Assembly: GCA_025558095.1 (NCBI GenBank)
Contig: JAIVFI010000033.1
Span: forward strand, 1-64,000
Length of the DNA stretch: 64,000 nt
From: Hyaloraphidium curvatum SAG 235-1
Lineage: Eukaryota; Fungi; Monoblepharomycota
Reading direction: 5' to 3'
The notes under the pieces are model-generated. The model searched no databases and was not told where the DNA came from. It saw only the letters and a list, made by a program, of their open reading frames with translations. How positions within the stretch are numbered: position 1 is the first letter of the stretch; each line of letters begins with the position of its first letter. Below, piece by piece: positions 52,649-63,431 of this stretch. A program made the translations under genes and the position numbers.

Positions 52649-53274
52649 ATGGCTGCCACTATCAGGCTTGCGTGGGCCTCTGCCTTCTCCTACGAAGTCA
52701 ATGCCCCGACTGTGGCGGCGCTTCGGCACTGCGCGGTCCTCATCGATCCGCTCGCCGCACGAGCAGACGTTTTCGTCTCGAACGGGCCTGCGGCAACCGA
52801 TGCGGCCGGTGGTCCTCTCGAAGATTCGGAGGTTGTGAACAGTGGCAGCTACGAGTTGCGCACGAGGGCGGGTGCTTGAGAACCGGAGGCGCAGAGCTGC
52901 TCAGGATCAAGTAGGTCGCCACGTACGAGCAGCTCGCGACCATTGCCCCTTTCAGCAGCGACTGGTGGTTTCACGCCGCCTACAGGAGCGCAAAGGACGA
53001 GCTTTCCATGTGGGAATCCAAGGCCGCCGAGGACGCTGCCCGACAAGCATCGGTGGAGACCCTCCAGGCCGCCGTCAACAGCATGGAGAAGCGCGGAAAA
53101 GCCGATCTCAAATGGACAATTGGCCCGCAGCTCGTTTCTCTCGTAGGAACGGCTCTCACCGTCGGGGATCCTTGGGCGAACAATTTGGTGCTTGCCGGGG
53201 CGGTACTGCAGATTGGGGCGATAGTGGCCACTCTGGTCTTCGTTGGCGTGCGATTGTGGCAGAGCTGGCAGTAG
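52649..53274 (+). CDS. Hypothetical protein with C-terminal TM segments (probably 2 exons)
   Basis: MAATIRLAWASAFSYEVNAPTVAALR.. then, in another frame, LWESKAAEDAARQ..LVLAGAVLQIGAIVATLVFVGV**. The splice is not resolved. Confidence 0.4.
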
Positions 53275-53482
53275 TAAACGAAGAAGTGTCTCTTTTGTGG
53301 TAAAGCATACCTCTTTCACGACGGTTTCCCCGGAATGCGAATACCGGAGTCTGCCTGCAAGGCGCTTCGCAGTCACGAAGGCAGCGTCCTCACTACGCGC
53401 GTGATCAAATTTACACGAAAAGCGAAGCCCTCACTACCCACAGTCTCCACGAACACGGCAGCCTAGGTCGGCCGTGACCAAG

Positions 53483-54216
53483 ATGGCCCCGCAGCGGATG
53501 GCGGACAGCGACCCCTACGCACCGATAGCGTACGTCTGCGTGCCGCAGCGCAGCTGGCGGTGGCACGCCATCGACCTGCGCGGCGTGGCGACCGTCGCGG
53601 ACCTCCGCGAGCAGGTTGCCGCGGCGGTCGGCCACATGCCGCCGCCGCTCAGCAGCGGCCTGGAGCTGCGCAACGCGGGCCCGCTGCCGCCCGACGACCC
53701 GGCGTCCGACGGCGTGTGGGCCGCCGCGGCAACGGTCGACTCGGTCGCCGCGCTGGCCGGCTGCCACCTCGTCGGCCGCACGCCGCTGTTCGGCCTGTTC
53801 CCCCTGGCGGCCCGGCACGAGGCGCCGGCGACGCTGCGGCCGTCGGACCCGCGGGCGGAGCGCAGGCGCAGGCTGGGGACGGGAGGCCCGCCGCCGCGCC
53901 GCCGCCGCCACCGGGCCCGCACGTGCGCGTCGCGCTGGGCGACAGGGAGCGCGACGTGGCCGTCGGGGACGTTACATCGGGGGCCGGGCTCGCGGCGCGT
54001 GTCAGGGAGGCGTTCGGGCTCGCCTCGAAGGAGTACGGGGACCTGGTTCTCTTGGACGCGGACGGACAGCCGGTGCTGCCGGCGGACGCGTTCCCGGACC
54101 CGGACAGGGGGCTTGCGCCGGGCTGCGATATCCGGGCGGGGTTTTGCGCCCCTGGGTTGAAGGAAGCGGGGCCGCTGGTGCTGCTCGGGAGGTGGTGGGG
54201 CGCCGTCGCCGGTTGA
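53483..54216 (+). CDS. Hypothetical protein with two ubiquitin-like-looking segments (frame change near 53870)
   Basis: ATVADLREQVAAA and GLAARVREAFGL..LVLLDADG segments lie in different frames. Confidence 0.35.
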
Positions 54217-54327
54217 GGCTGGACGGAGCCCTTCGGATGCTGCTGCATGGACTTTGGCGGACCTTTTTCATGGGGAAGTGTTTTACTTTGGCAATGTGGC
54301 CTTATCTTCGGCAGTACAGGAACGACG

Positions 54328-54763
54328 TTACCTGTTTCCTTGGAGGAGTGCCAGCACGTCCCTTGCCGTGTCCTCCACGAGCGCCACCAGCTCCTCCACC
54401 GCCTCCCCGAAACCTTGTTCCGCATACGGCTCCAGCACTGCCGCGAGCTTCCTGATCCACCCCGCGACCTCCTCCAGCGCCAGCGGCCCCTCGAACGCCC
54501 GCGCGATCATGCCACGGAGCCCTTCCACTAAACGGCTGCGCCTCGGGCGCGTGCCGCCTGTCAAGCGGCGTCTTGCCTTTGTGGAAGGTGCTGAAGGTGA
54601 AGTATTTGTCGAACGTGATGAAAGCCTGCCTGGCCGCATGCAGGAGCTCAGGCACAACGTCTTTCGGCACGCGATCCAGAGCAACGGCAGGAAGGCACTG
54701 GAGCTCGTGGTTCGCAAGTCTGAGATGCTGCTCCTCTCGATCCGACGCCGTGTTCGAGACCAA
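54328..54763 (-). pseudogene. Helical gene fragment
   Basis: Two protein-like frames joined by a possible short intron near 54537-54586; start not found. Confidence 0.3.
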
Positions 54764-55492
54764 ATCTCAACCTCATGACGGGACCGCTACACCGTGCAAG
54801 CGCGTGCTGCGGACACGCACTTTGGCACGGCGGAAATCGCCAGCCTCGTGTGCGGCTTCACGCACGTGTTCCCTGATGCCGCACGTCAAGATGCAAGCCA
54901 CCGCGCGGACTGCTCGCTGTCCCGGACCTCGCCGCTGCGGTTGGTCCCGGCCGCCTTCACTTGCTCCGCCACCGTCGTGCACTTCGCGAAGCGGACCTCC
55001 GCTCACGGGCGCGATCGATCTCTTCAGCCTTGAGATGCAGTTGCCGCGCCCGCCCGAACCGAGCGACCGCCGGGTTGCTTGTGCAAGGGGTGCGGGGAGC
55101 AAAGGTGGGAATCTTCTTCACCAGCTAGCAGCCAACAGGGGTTTCAAGCGAGACGTCCTGGCAGTGAAGTCACAGTTGCCGTCATGCAAGACGCCTCCCT
55201 ATGGGTGGCCACCCCGACGGAACACGCTGCTCACCCACGGTTGGCCACTACCGGGGGGCCCCTCGCATCTCGGATGGGCCGCTCACACCGGGGGTGGGCC
55301 CCCGCGTCAGCAAAAGAGGTCCGGCAGCGATTCGGAAAAAGTGCGGCAGGCATGTACTGCAAGGCGAAATTGCGGCGCACATTGCGACCCCGTGGTTCGA
55401 CAGACGCGCTCCTGACTCGGCTAGCCTTTGAAGCCTCGTCGAGTCCACCTTGGAAATCGGCGCCTCGCATGCCCGCCCTCCCTCCCCCATCC

Positions 55493-56962
55493 TCACCCGT
55501 TCTCGGGCGCCGGCAGGTACCCCCACCCCTCCACCGTCCACAGCATGCGCCCCGGGCACGCTGCCCAGCCCACCTCCCTCGCGCGCTGCGAAAAGGTGCT
55601 CCGCCGCGTCGCCACGAGCCTCGCGCCGCACCCTAGGAGGAGCTGGTCCAGCACCGACGCCGCCGCGTGGTCGCGCTGGATCGCGGCGTCGGTGGTCATG
55701 TTGGTGGGGGCGGTCGGGGGCGGGGAGGAGAAGATGGGGGAGAGGAGGGGGTGCGACCGGAGGCGCGGGAGGAAGAGCACCCCGGGCGGCGGGTCGGGGG
55801 GCAAAAGCCGTGCGAGGTCGGCGCGGAGGAGGTCCCACGTGGAACGCGGGGCGTCGCCGCCGATCAGGAGCACCGCGCGCTCGCCGCGGCGGAAGTGCGC
55901 GCGGGCCTCGGCGGCGAGAAAGGCGCCCAGGGCCGCGAGGTCCACGCCGCAGCCGGGCTTGTCCTTGCCGACCGCCTTGCGGGTTGCCTCGCAAGTCTGC
56001 TCAAAGTCTGCGGAGCGCACGTGCGCGGAGAGGTACCGCGGGAGCGCGGCCTCGGAGAACTCGGGTGCGGGAGAGGGCAGCGCCGCGGGCCCACCCTTGC
56101 TCCACGCCCCCGGGCCCTCGGGATGCAGCATCACCGCCGCTAGAACCCTCTTCGCGCGGTCCACGAGCCACTCCTTGGGCTTCAATATCCGCGCGGCCTC
56201 CTCGCCGAGCATGACAAACTCTCCCCCCGCCGCGTTCAAGACAGGCGGCCGCAGCCACGCCGGCAGCCTGAACGGAAACGGCACGCCGAAGGTGCCCCGC
56301 AGCGAGCCGTGGTTTGTCCGCGGGGGGTCGATCGGCGTCACGGCGGCGCAGCGGAACGGCCGCGACGGGTAGTGCTCCGGCGGCTCGCGCCCCCTCCCGA
56401 GCGAAAACGCGTCGACGAGGCACGGCACCTCCAACCGCGGCAACCCCGCCGGCTCCTCCATCCTCGCGTCGAGCTCGGGCGGGCCCAGTTCGGCGAACCC
56501 CGGCACGCCGCCGAGCAGCGCCCAGTCGACGTCGTACAGCTCGTCCGGGTCCACCGCGCCCCTGGTCCATTCCGGCCACTGGCAAAAGTACGGGCGCGCC
56601 ACGCGGCAATTGAGGATTTTGTGCGCGACCCAGAGCAGCCGCGCGAGGCCGAGGGCCTGGTTCGAGTGCGCCGCGCGGCCGGTCGAGCAGAGGTGGGCTA
56701 TGAGGGTGCAGCGAGGAGGGATCGGGTGCGGCAGCGGAGGCGGCGGGTACGGCCACTCGGGCGGCAGGGGCGCAGCGGCGTCGAACTCCGGCACGGAGAC
56801 GTTGTGCCACGAGGCGGGGTCCGCGGCGTCCACTCGGAAGGGCGGCGGCGCCACGGTCGGAAAGCGGCCCGACGGCGACGCGCCGAGCAGCAGCAGTGCA
56901 GCGGCCGCCGCTGCAGCCGCCGCAAGGAGAACGCGCAGCCGCGGGACGCCGGCGCGGCACAT
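55493..56962 (-). CDS. GDP-fucose O-fucosyltransferase-family protein (O-FucT fold)
   Basis: Type II anchor; GRAAHSNQ; YLSAHVRSADF (HxR..D motif I); VLDQLLL; RSTFS (motif III). Single exon. Confidence 0.82.
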   Translation of the reverse strand: MCRAGVPRLRVLLAAAAAAAAALLLLGASPSGRFPTVAPPPFRVDAADPASWHNVSVPEFDAAAPLPPEWPYPPPPLPHPIPPRCTLIAHLCSTGRAAHSNQALGLARLLWVAHKILNCRVARPYFCQWPEWTRGAVDPDELYDVDWALLGGVPGFAELGPPELDARMEEPAGLPRLEVPCLVDAFSLGRGREPPEHYPSRPFRCAAVTPIDPPRTNHGSLRGTFGVPFPFRLPAWLRPPVLNAAGGEFVMLGEEAARILKPKEWLVDRAKRVLAAVMLHPEGPGAWSKGGPAALPSPAPEFSEAALPRYLSAHVRSADFEQTCEATRKAVGKDKPGCGVDLAALGAFLAAEARAHFRRGERAVLLIGGDAPRSTWDLLRADLARLLPPDPPPGVLFLPRLRSHPLLSPIFSSPPPTAPTNMTTDAAIQRDHAAASVLDQLLLGCGARLVATRRSTFSQRAREVGWAACPGRMLWTVEGWGYLPAPENG

Positions 56963-57206
56963 TTTATTGGCGACCCGATCGCCCGCGGGGCGGCGTCCTT
57001 CCGTTTCCCTGGGACTCGCATCCCTCCACCGATCACCTGCAATATCTACTTGTAAACGTCGGCGGGAGAACGGGAGAGTGAAGCCGGTTGGCCGCAGGCC
57101 GGGAGCCGTCCATCCCTCGGGACTTGCCCTTTTCCTGGGGAGTTGGCCCAAGGCCTCGCCCACCACCGGCCCGAATTCGGCGGCGAGCCGGCCACTAGCC
57201 CGGACG

Positions 57207-58769
57207 ATGCCGCCGCGCCGCCGGGAGCTGTTATATGGGATTGCCGGCGCGTGCCTGCTCGCGGTGTGGCTCGCCGCGGGGCTGGCGCTGCGGGGGCGAA
57301 CTCCGACCGCGCCGGCGACTCGGCCCCCGGATGCCGCGGACGCGTCCCCGGGGCCGCCCGACGCCGACCCCCAACCGGGCGGTTCCGGGCTCCCCGTGCC
57401 GCCCATCGACGCGTGGTCGCTGAGGGAGAGCGTGCCCCCGCCCCGGCCCGCCGCACCACAACCCCCCGCGCTGCCGCCGCGCACCCCCGGGCCGCCCGGC
57501 ACGGAGCACCTCGACTTTGCCCACGCCGTGCTCCCCAAAATGCCCCTGCCCTCCGTCGAGGAGCTTGCGGAGCACGGCACGCCACCAAACGCCTCGCTGC
57601 TGCCGCCGATGGCCTGGGTCGTCACCGCCACCTTCTCGTACATCCTCAGGCACAGCTACCTCCTCCCGCACGCCGCGTGCTACTCGGCCCTCCGCAACCT
57701 GCCCTTCTACCTGCTGCCGTACGCGGAGGACCACGAGGCCCCGCTGGACTCCCTCCCCATGAAGCTGGCGCCCATCATTCCACTCCTCCCCAAATTCCGC
57801 TGGCTCCTCTTCACCGACGCCGACACCATCGTCGCCGACTCGCGCGCCGACATCTTCCGCTCCTTTGCGGCCCCCGAGGAGCTCCTCGGCCCCCTCGGCG
57901 CCGACGTCGTCTTCCCCGACCGCGACAACGGCGAGCTGTGCTCGTGCTCCTTCCTCGTGCGCAACTCCCCCGGCGGCCGCGCGTTCCTGCGGGCATGGTA
58001 CGGGTGGTGGGGCGACCCGGCGCTCGCGGGGCGCGCGGGCACAGGGACCGACGACGGGATGGGCGGCGACCTGCAGGGCGAACGGCCCCGCTACCGCAAC
58101 GGCAGGATCGGGGACCAGGGCGACCTCCTCGAGCTGGTCCTCTCGGCCGCCGGGCTGGGCGGGTGGACCCCCGTTCCTGACGCCGCGCGCGCGCCGGACC
58201 CGCGGTGGCCCTTCCGGATGCAGGCCCTGCACGCCTCGGGCTTCCCCTCGGGCGACGACGCGCTCCCCTCCCCCGCCTCCCCCGTCCCCGTCCCCCTCCT
58301 CCCGTTCCAACCCCCCGGCAGCGAAAAGGGGAACCTCACCATCTGCAGCAACGCCTTCCACCCCTCGGCATCCACCTCCGCCTTCCTCGCCTGCTCCCGC
58401 GCCGCCCTTGCCCCGCTGCGCTCGGCATCCCCGCGCTCCCCCTCGTACGCCCTGGACCTCCGCCTGCCCGGCGGCCACCGCGCAAGGCTCCGCGCATACA
58501 AGGTCTTTGCCTCGTGGATCCGCTGGGCCGACGGCCGCATGCGGTGCCGCGGGGATTACACCGGCTACCCGTGGTGCCGCGCGGTTCCCGGGGACGCGAT
58601 GCTGGCGGGCAAGGGACTGCACCGGTTCCTCGGCGCGGGGGTGATGGCGTGCGGGGGCGAGTGGACGGTCGCGCCGCGGATGGGGGTGCGGGAGGCGAGG
58701 GGGCTGTTGAAGGGGCTGGGGTGGGAGGCGTATGCGGGGTGCTGGGAGGAGGGGGAGTACGTGTGCTAG
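57207..58769 (+). CDS. GT34 (Gma12/Mnn10)-like galactosyl/mannosyltransferase
   Basis: Type II anchor, Pro-rich stem, WLLFTDADTIV (DxD), SFLVRNSPGGRAFLRAW, DQGDL. Single exon. Confidence 0.78.
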   Translation: MPPRRRELLYGIAGACLLAVWLAAGLALRGRTPTAPATRPPDAADASPGPPDADPQPGGSGLPVPPIDAWSLRESVPPPRPAAPQPPALPPRTPGPPGTEHLDFAHAVLPKMPLPSVEELAEHGTPPNASLLPPMAWVVTATFSYILRHSYLLPHAACYSALRNLPFYLLPYAEDHEAPLDSLPMKLAPIIPLLPKFRWLLFTDADTIVADSRADIFRSFAAPEELLGPLGADVVFPDRDNGELCSCSFLVRNSPGGRAFLRAWYGWWGDPALAGRAGTGTDDGMGGDLQGERPRYRNGRIGDQGDLLELVLSAAGLGGWTPVPDAARAPDPRWPFRMQALHASGFPSGDDALPSPASPVPVPLLPFQPPGSEKGNLTICSNAFHPSASTSAFLACSRAALAPLRSASPRSPSYALDLRLPGGHRARLRAYKVFASWIRWADGRMRCRGDYTGYPWCRAVPGDAMLAGKGLHRFLGAGVMACGGEWTVAPRMGVREARGLLKGLGWEAYAGCWEEGEYVC

Positions 58770-58887
58770 GGCCTGCGTGGCGGGCTGCGGTCGGCGCGGT
58801 GGACGGCGGGCACGGGGAGTCCCAGGAATGCGGTATGGTTGACCAGCTACAATGCCTCCACGAGACCTTTTTCGCCCCTGTCGTTGC

Positions 58888-59865
58888 TCAAAACACTACG
58901 CGGTAGTCCACCATCCTCAAAAACTCGACCTCCATCCTCCGCAGCGCCGCCTCGGGGATCCCGCTCGCGTCGCTCCACCGCGATATCGAGTGCCGCGAGT
59001 CGTCGAGCACCTTTGTGCTCAGCAGGAGGGAGACGGCGGTGACGGCGTAGTGGCTTCCCCACGCGAAGCTGTCCTGCGTGCTGACCCGCGCACGCAGGGC
59101 GCGGACGAGGTCCGACGCCCGCGCGACGGCGTACGGCGGCGGGTGCATCAAAGTGAGCAGCCGCCGTAGGTAGGAAGCAAAGTGCGGGCTGTCCTGCGAG
59201 AAGAGCGTCGCCGCCCTCGCGTGCGGCCCGGGGCCGGCGCTGAACGGCGACGGCGTGGGCGGCTGCGGGTACCACGCCGTGTACGCGGTCGAGGCGCACA
59301 TGGAGACGAGCAGGTCCACGGGGTAGGGGTCGCCGTCGGCCACGTCCCAGAACACGGACGAAGTTTGGGTGCCGGGAGTCGAGGGGGAGCGGTCCGGGGG
59401 TGTGGGCGAGGAGAAGTATGTGCCCGAGGATGCGCGCGAGGCGAGGGTGCGGCCCATGTCGCAGGTGGAGGCGGCGAGGGTCGATGTGGGCGAGGCGCCG
59501 GTCAGGGCGGACCAGTCGAATGCGTCGGCGAGGTCGTCCGCGGGGCGCCTGCCCCCGGAGCAGTCTGGTTTGGTTGCCGGCAGGACGCCGGACGCCCTCG
59601 AAGCGGGCCTCAGGGGGGCCGAGCCGGGGCCGCCGAGCCTCCTTCTGGGGCTGCCCTTTGCCGCGCCCGCCGACTCGGTGCGCCGCCTGCGCCGCGGCGA
59701 GCGCCCGTCGGCCTTGTGCGCTTCGACGACGGGGAGTCCATAGGACGGCGCGGCAGCCCTGGGCGGCCCGCGCCGGTCCTGTTCAGGCGGGCGGCTCGCC
59801 GCGGGGTGCACCGCCCACGCGAACGGCGCCGGCGGCGGAAACACGGCACACTGCGCGGCGGCCAT
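58888..59865 (-). CDS. PHO80/PCL-family cyclin
   Basis: YLRRL; SLLLSTKVLDDSRHSISRWS..SGI....LRRMEVEFL..VDY. Confidence 0.85.
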   Translation of the reverse strand: MAAAQCAVFPPPAPFAWAVHPAASRPPEQDRRGPPRAAAPSYGLPVVEAHKADGRSPRRRRRTESAGAAKGSPRRRLGGPGSAPLRPASRASGVLPATKPDCSGGRRPADDLADAFDWSALTGASPTSTLAASTCDMGRTLASRASSGTYFSSPTPPDRSPSTPGTQTSSVFWDVADGDPYPVDLLVSMCASTAYTAWYPQPPTPSPFSAGPGPHARAATLFSQDSPHFASYLRRLLTLMHPPPYAVARASDLVRALRARVSTQDSFAWGSHYAVTAVSLLLSTKVLDDSRHSISRWSDASGIPEAALRRMEVEFLRMVDYRVVF

Positions 59866-60818
59866 CGTCGGGAAGGCGCGCGCAGTCCACCCTCGCTAGA
59901 GGACCGCCGGTCCGGTCGCGCCCTCGTTTGCGGTTGGTGGGGGAGGCCTGGCCGGCGGGGACACCGCCGCCGACGCGCGATCCTCATTCGATCGAGGCAG
60001 CCGAAAACGAACGGGGATCGAACGCCACTGATCCGCGAAAAATGCATGGATCCGCGCCGGCGCTGGCGATACATCTTCCTTTTGCCTCATAAACTGCATC
60101 GCGGGCCTCGAGGTGCGCCTCGCTGCCCCGTCCTTGCGGATCGGGGCGGGCGGCCTTCCATCGCCCCCCCAGCCCGGCCGCCATCGGCAGGTTCCCTCCT
60201 GCGGGTCCAGATCCGCAACCGCCCCCATCGGCCCTCGGACCGCGTCCCCCGATCAGAAACAAGGCCGCCGTATCGAACGGTTCCCGCAGCCAAACTCTGC
60301 GGACGCGCCCTCGGCTGCCCCGCGATCGATCGGGACGCAAGGGCGTGACCGCAGCCGAGTCACCCCGGCCCCGGACCCAGGCCTGCCTCCCCGCTCCGGA
60401 CTCACCCCAACCCCGCCCGCCGATCTGACCGCCCGCCGCCTGCGGCGGGAACCTTCGGACGCATCGGGGGACCCCTGCGGTTTTGCGCTGGCCGGCCGGG
60501 GTGCCGACCAGGCTCGCCACCCTGCGCAAGGGCGGGCCGCCGCATTGCCGCCGCGCCCTCGAAATGCGCGACTCGATCGCGCGATGAGGGATCGGGCGGT
60601 GCTTAGGGGACGGGTAGGACGCACGGCCTGGATCGGGCTCGCTTGCTCATTTGCGGTCCTCGATGGGCAAGGGCACCGCGCCGCACGTGCTCGAGGACAT
60701 ACAATGGGATCGAGCCCATAGGGGGGATTTCGGGCTGCACAACAGATTCCCGCGCCCTCCACAAAGCGATGTGACGCAACTGGCCTCCAAATCCTGCGGA
60801 ACCGAAAACCCCCCGCCC

Positions 60819-63050
60819 TCAGAGCACAATCTCCGACGCCGGCACCTCCACAACCTTCCCGTCCCTCCAAGCCCTCCAGATGAGCTCGTCCTTGGGCATC
60901 GTCCTCATCGTCTCGATGAAGCTCGCCGTGTCCCCGGGCCAAACTCCCGACACCCTTATTCCATCCTTCGACTTGTACCAAGCTATCCGCCCGCCCGTCA
61001 GCCACCCGCCCGCATGGCCGCCCGAAAAGGGGACCCACCGTTGCACCGGTCGTACGACACCGTGCCCTTGAGGTACTCCTGGCACGCGACCATCTGCTCC
61101 GCGACCTTGTCCGCGCGGGGCTCGATCGAGTGGAGGTCGTAGACCTGCATGCGCTGGACCATGTAGAAGATCGAGTCCAGGACCTCCTCGAAGAGGGGGA
61201 GGAGGGAGTTGTGGATCGTGGGCCAGTTCTGGGGCGGGAGACGGGGGTCAGCTGATCTACGGGAGGGTGGGGAGGGAACGCACGGGGCCGCAGGTGATGT
61301 AGCTAGTGAGGAAACGCGAAGGGTCAGCGGAGCCTCAGCGGAGCGCGGATCCGGACCCACAAGTTGGGCATGTACGGCGCCATGACGGACTTCCAGTTGT
61401 CCGGGTAGTCCGCCCACATCTCCTGGATGACCTTGCCCTCGCGGCCGACCATCTTCCAGTTCGGCTGCCGACAAGAGTTAGACCGCCCCTGACGTCCGCC
61501 CCGCCGCGACCGAAACGCACCGTGAACGAGGTATCGAACCCCGTCGCGCAGACCAGCACGTCCGCCTTGTACTCCTTCCCGTCGACGGTGACGATCCCCT
61601 CGCGGGTGATGTGGCTGATCTTGTCGAAGACGATCTCGGCGTTGGGCGCCTGGATGGCCTCGAGGTACGTATCCGACGGGGTCACGCGGCGGCAGCCGAC
61701 GCGGAAGTCGGGCATGAGCTTGGCGCGGAGCACGGGGTCCTTGATGCGCTCCTCTGGGGTCGGGAGGGCGGGGTCAGACCTCGCTAACGCAATCCGGGCC
61801 CGTTCGCGAGCCCACCGTACTCCTGCTTGACCATGGCGTTCATTGCCTCCTGCGCCGGCGATCCGTTGACCCAGGCCGGGTACATGCTCTCGAGCTGGTC
61901 CCACAGCATGTGCCTGTAGCTGTCCAGGTACTCCCTGTCCGACTCGAACTTCTTGATCTCCTCCTCGGAGTAGTACACCGGCATGCGCTTGCGCAGGATC
62001 CACACGGGGCTGCGCTGGAACACGGTGATCTTGCTCACCACGGGCTGCATCGAGGGCACGATCTGCACCGCCGAGGCGCCGGTGCCGATGACGAGGACCG
62101 ACTTGCCGGTGTAGTCGTAGGACTGGTCCCAGCGCGCAGAGTGCATGAGCTTGCCCCGGAACTCGTCGAGGCCCTTGATCTCCGGCCAGCGCCAGTTGTT
62201 CATAATCCCGCTGGAAGAGAAGGAATTCGAGTTGGAGACGGGTTGCGAGGGGTTCGGCGAGTTGGCAAGAAGTCGCCGGGGAACCCGTAGAAATCGTCAC
62301 TTACGCGCCGTGGACGAGGACGTCGCACTCGTCCTCGAAAGGCTGGTTCGTGTTCAGATCCGTCATGAGGACCTTCGGGCGCGTTTGGTTCGATCAGCCG
62401 GTTCCGCACGTCAATGCCACCATACCCCACCTTCCACTTGCCGGTCTCGTCGTTCCAGACGCACTCGTTGACGCGCGTGCTGTACTTGACGAACTTCTCC
62501 ACGTTGTACTTCTTGTAGATCTTGTCGAAGTATTCCCAAATCTTGAAAATGAGAGAATCAAGGTCACAAGGGGCCGGGGGGGAGGCGGGCGACCGAACCT
62601 CGGGAGAGTCGGAGTACGTCTTCGTCCAAGAGGGGTTTGGATCAAAGCTCCAGCAGTAGAGGTGGCTAGGGACATCGCAGCCGCATCCAGGGTCTGGGAG
62701 AAGCGGAAAGGCGCGATGGGCAAGGCACATGACACGAGCAGAGTGAGCTGCCAGAGCTCGGGGAAGCGTACGAGAGAACTTACAGCGATTTTCGAGCCAT
62801 GTCCCGCCATGTTGCGGATTCTTGTCGTAGCACATCAGCTCCACGTTGTCCATGGCCTTGTGGTTCCGTGCGAGCCCTTGGACCCGAATGGCAGAGTAGG
62901 AGGCACAGGCGGCGCCGCCGATGTGGACGACCCGGATCCTCCGGTGTTTTGGGGCATCCTGCGAGGCGAGGAATCTCAGCGGAGCTTCCCGGAACAAGTA
63001 GTAAGGCCGACCTCCAAGGCCTGGTTGATGAGCGGGTCCGGGAAGGGCAT
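60819..63050 (-). CDS. Flavin-binding monooxygenase (BVMO/FMO-like, multi-exon)
   Basis: GGTWLENR|YPGCGCDVPSHLY; FRGKLMHSARW (FxGxxxHxxxW); VIGTGASAVQ; GCRRVTP; ATGFD; WYK...GVWPG. Confidence 0.92.
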
Positions 63051-63431
63051 CTTGGTTGCAGGTGCGAGCAGGGCCGCTTGCTGTGAGCCGCGGCGGCAGT
63101 ATTCGAGATTGCAACCAACGACCACAGAGCCGCAAAGTCCGAGGGGGCGAGCGGCCGGTTGGTGTCGATCGCAGAACAACCGTCCGGAGCGACCACAACG
63201 CAGAGCCGCACGGTCCGGTGCAAAAAGCAATCAGTGGCTGTAGAAAAAGGAGTTCCTTGAACGGCGCTCACGCAGGATTGGCTCGGTGCGAGTGAAGTCC
63301 GCGTGGGAGACGCGGCGCGCGCCTTTGGCGGTTTGCCGCCTGCGGCGGGCCGCCGCTCATCCGTTGCCACACCCCCGATTCGGCTTCACGGAACGACCCA
63401 AGTTGGGTATTGAATACATTTGCCCTGCTCT

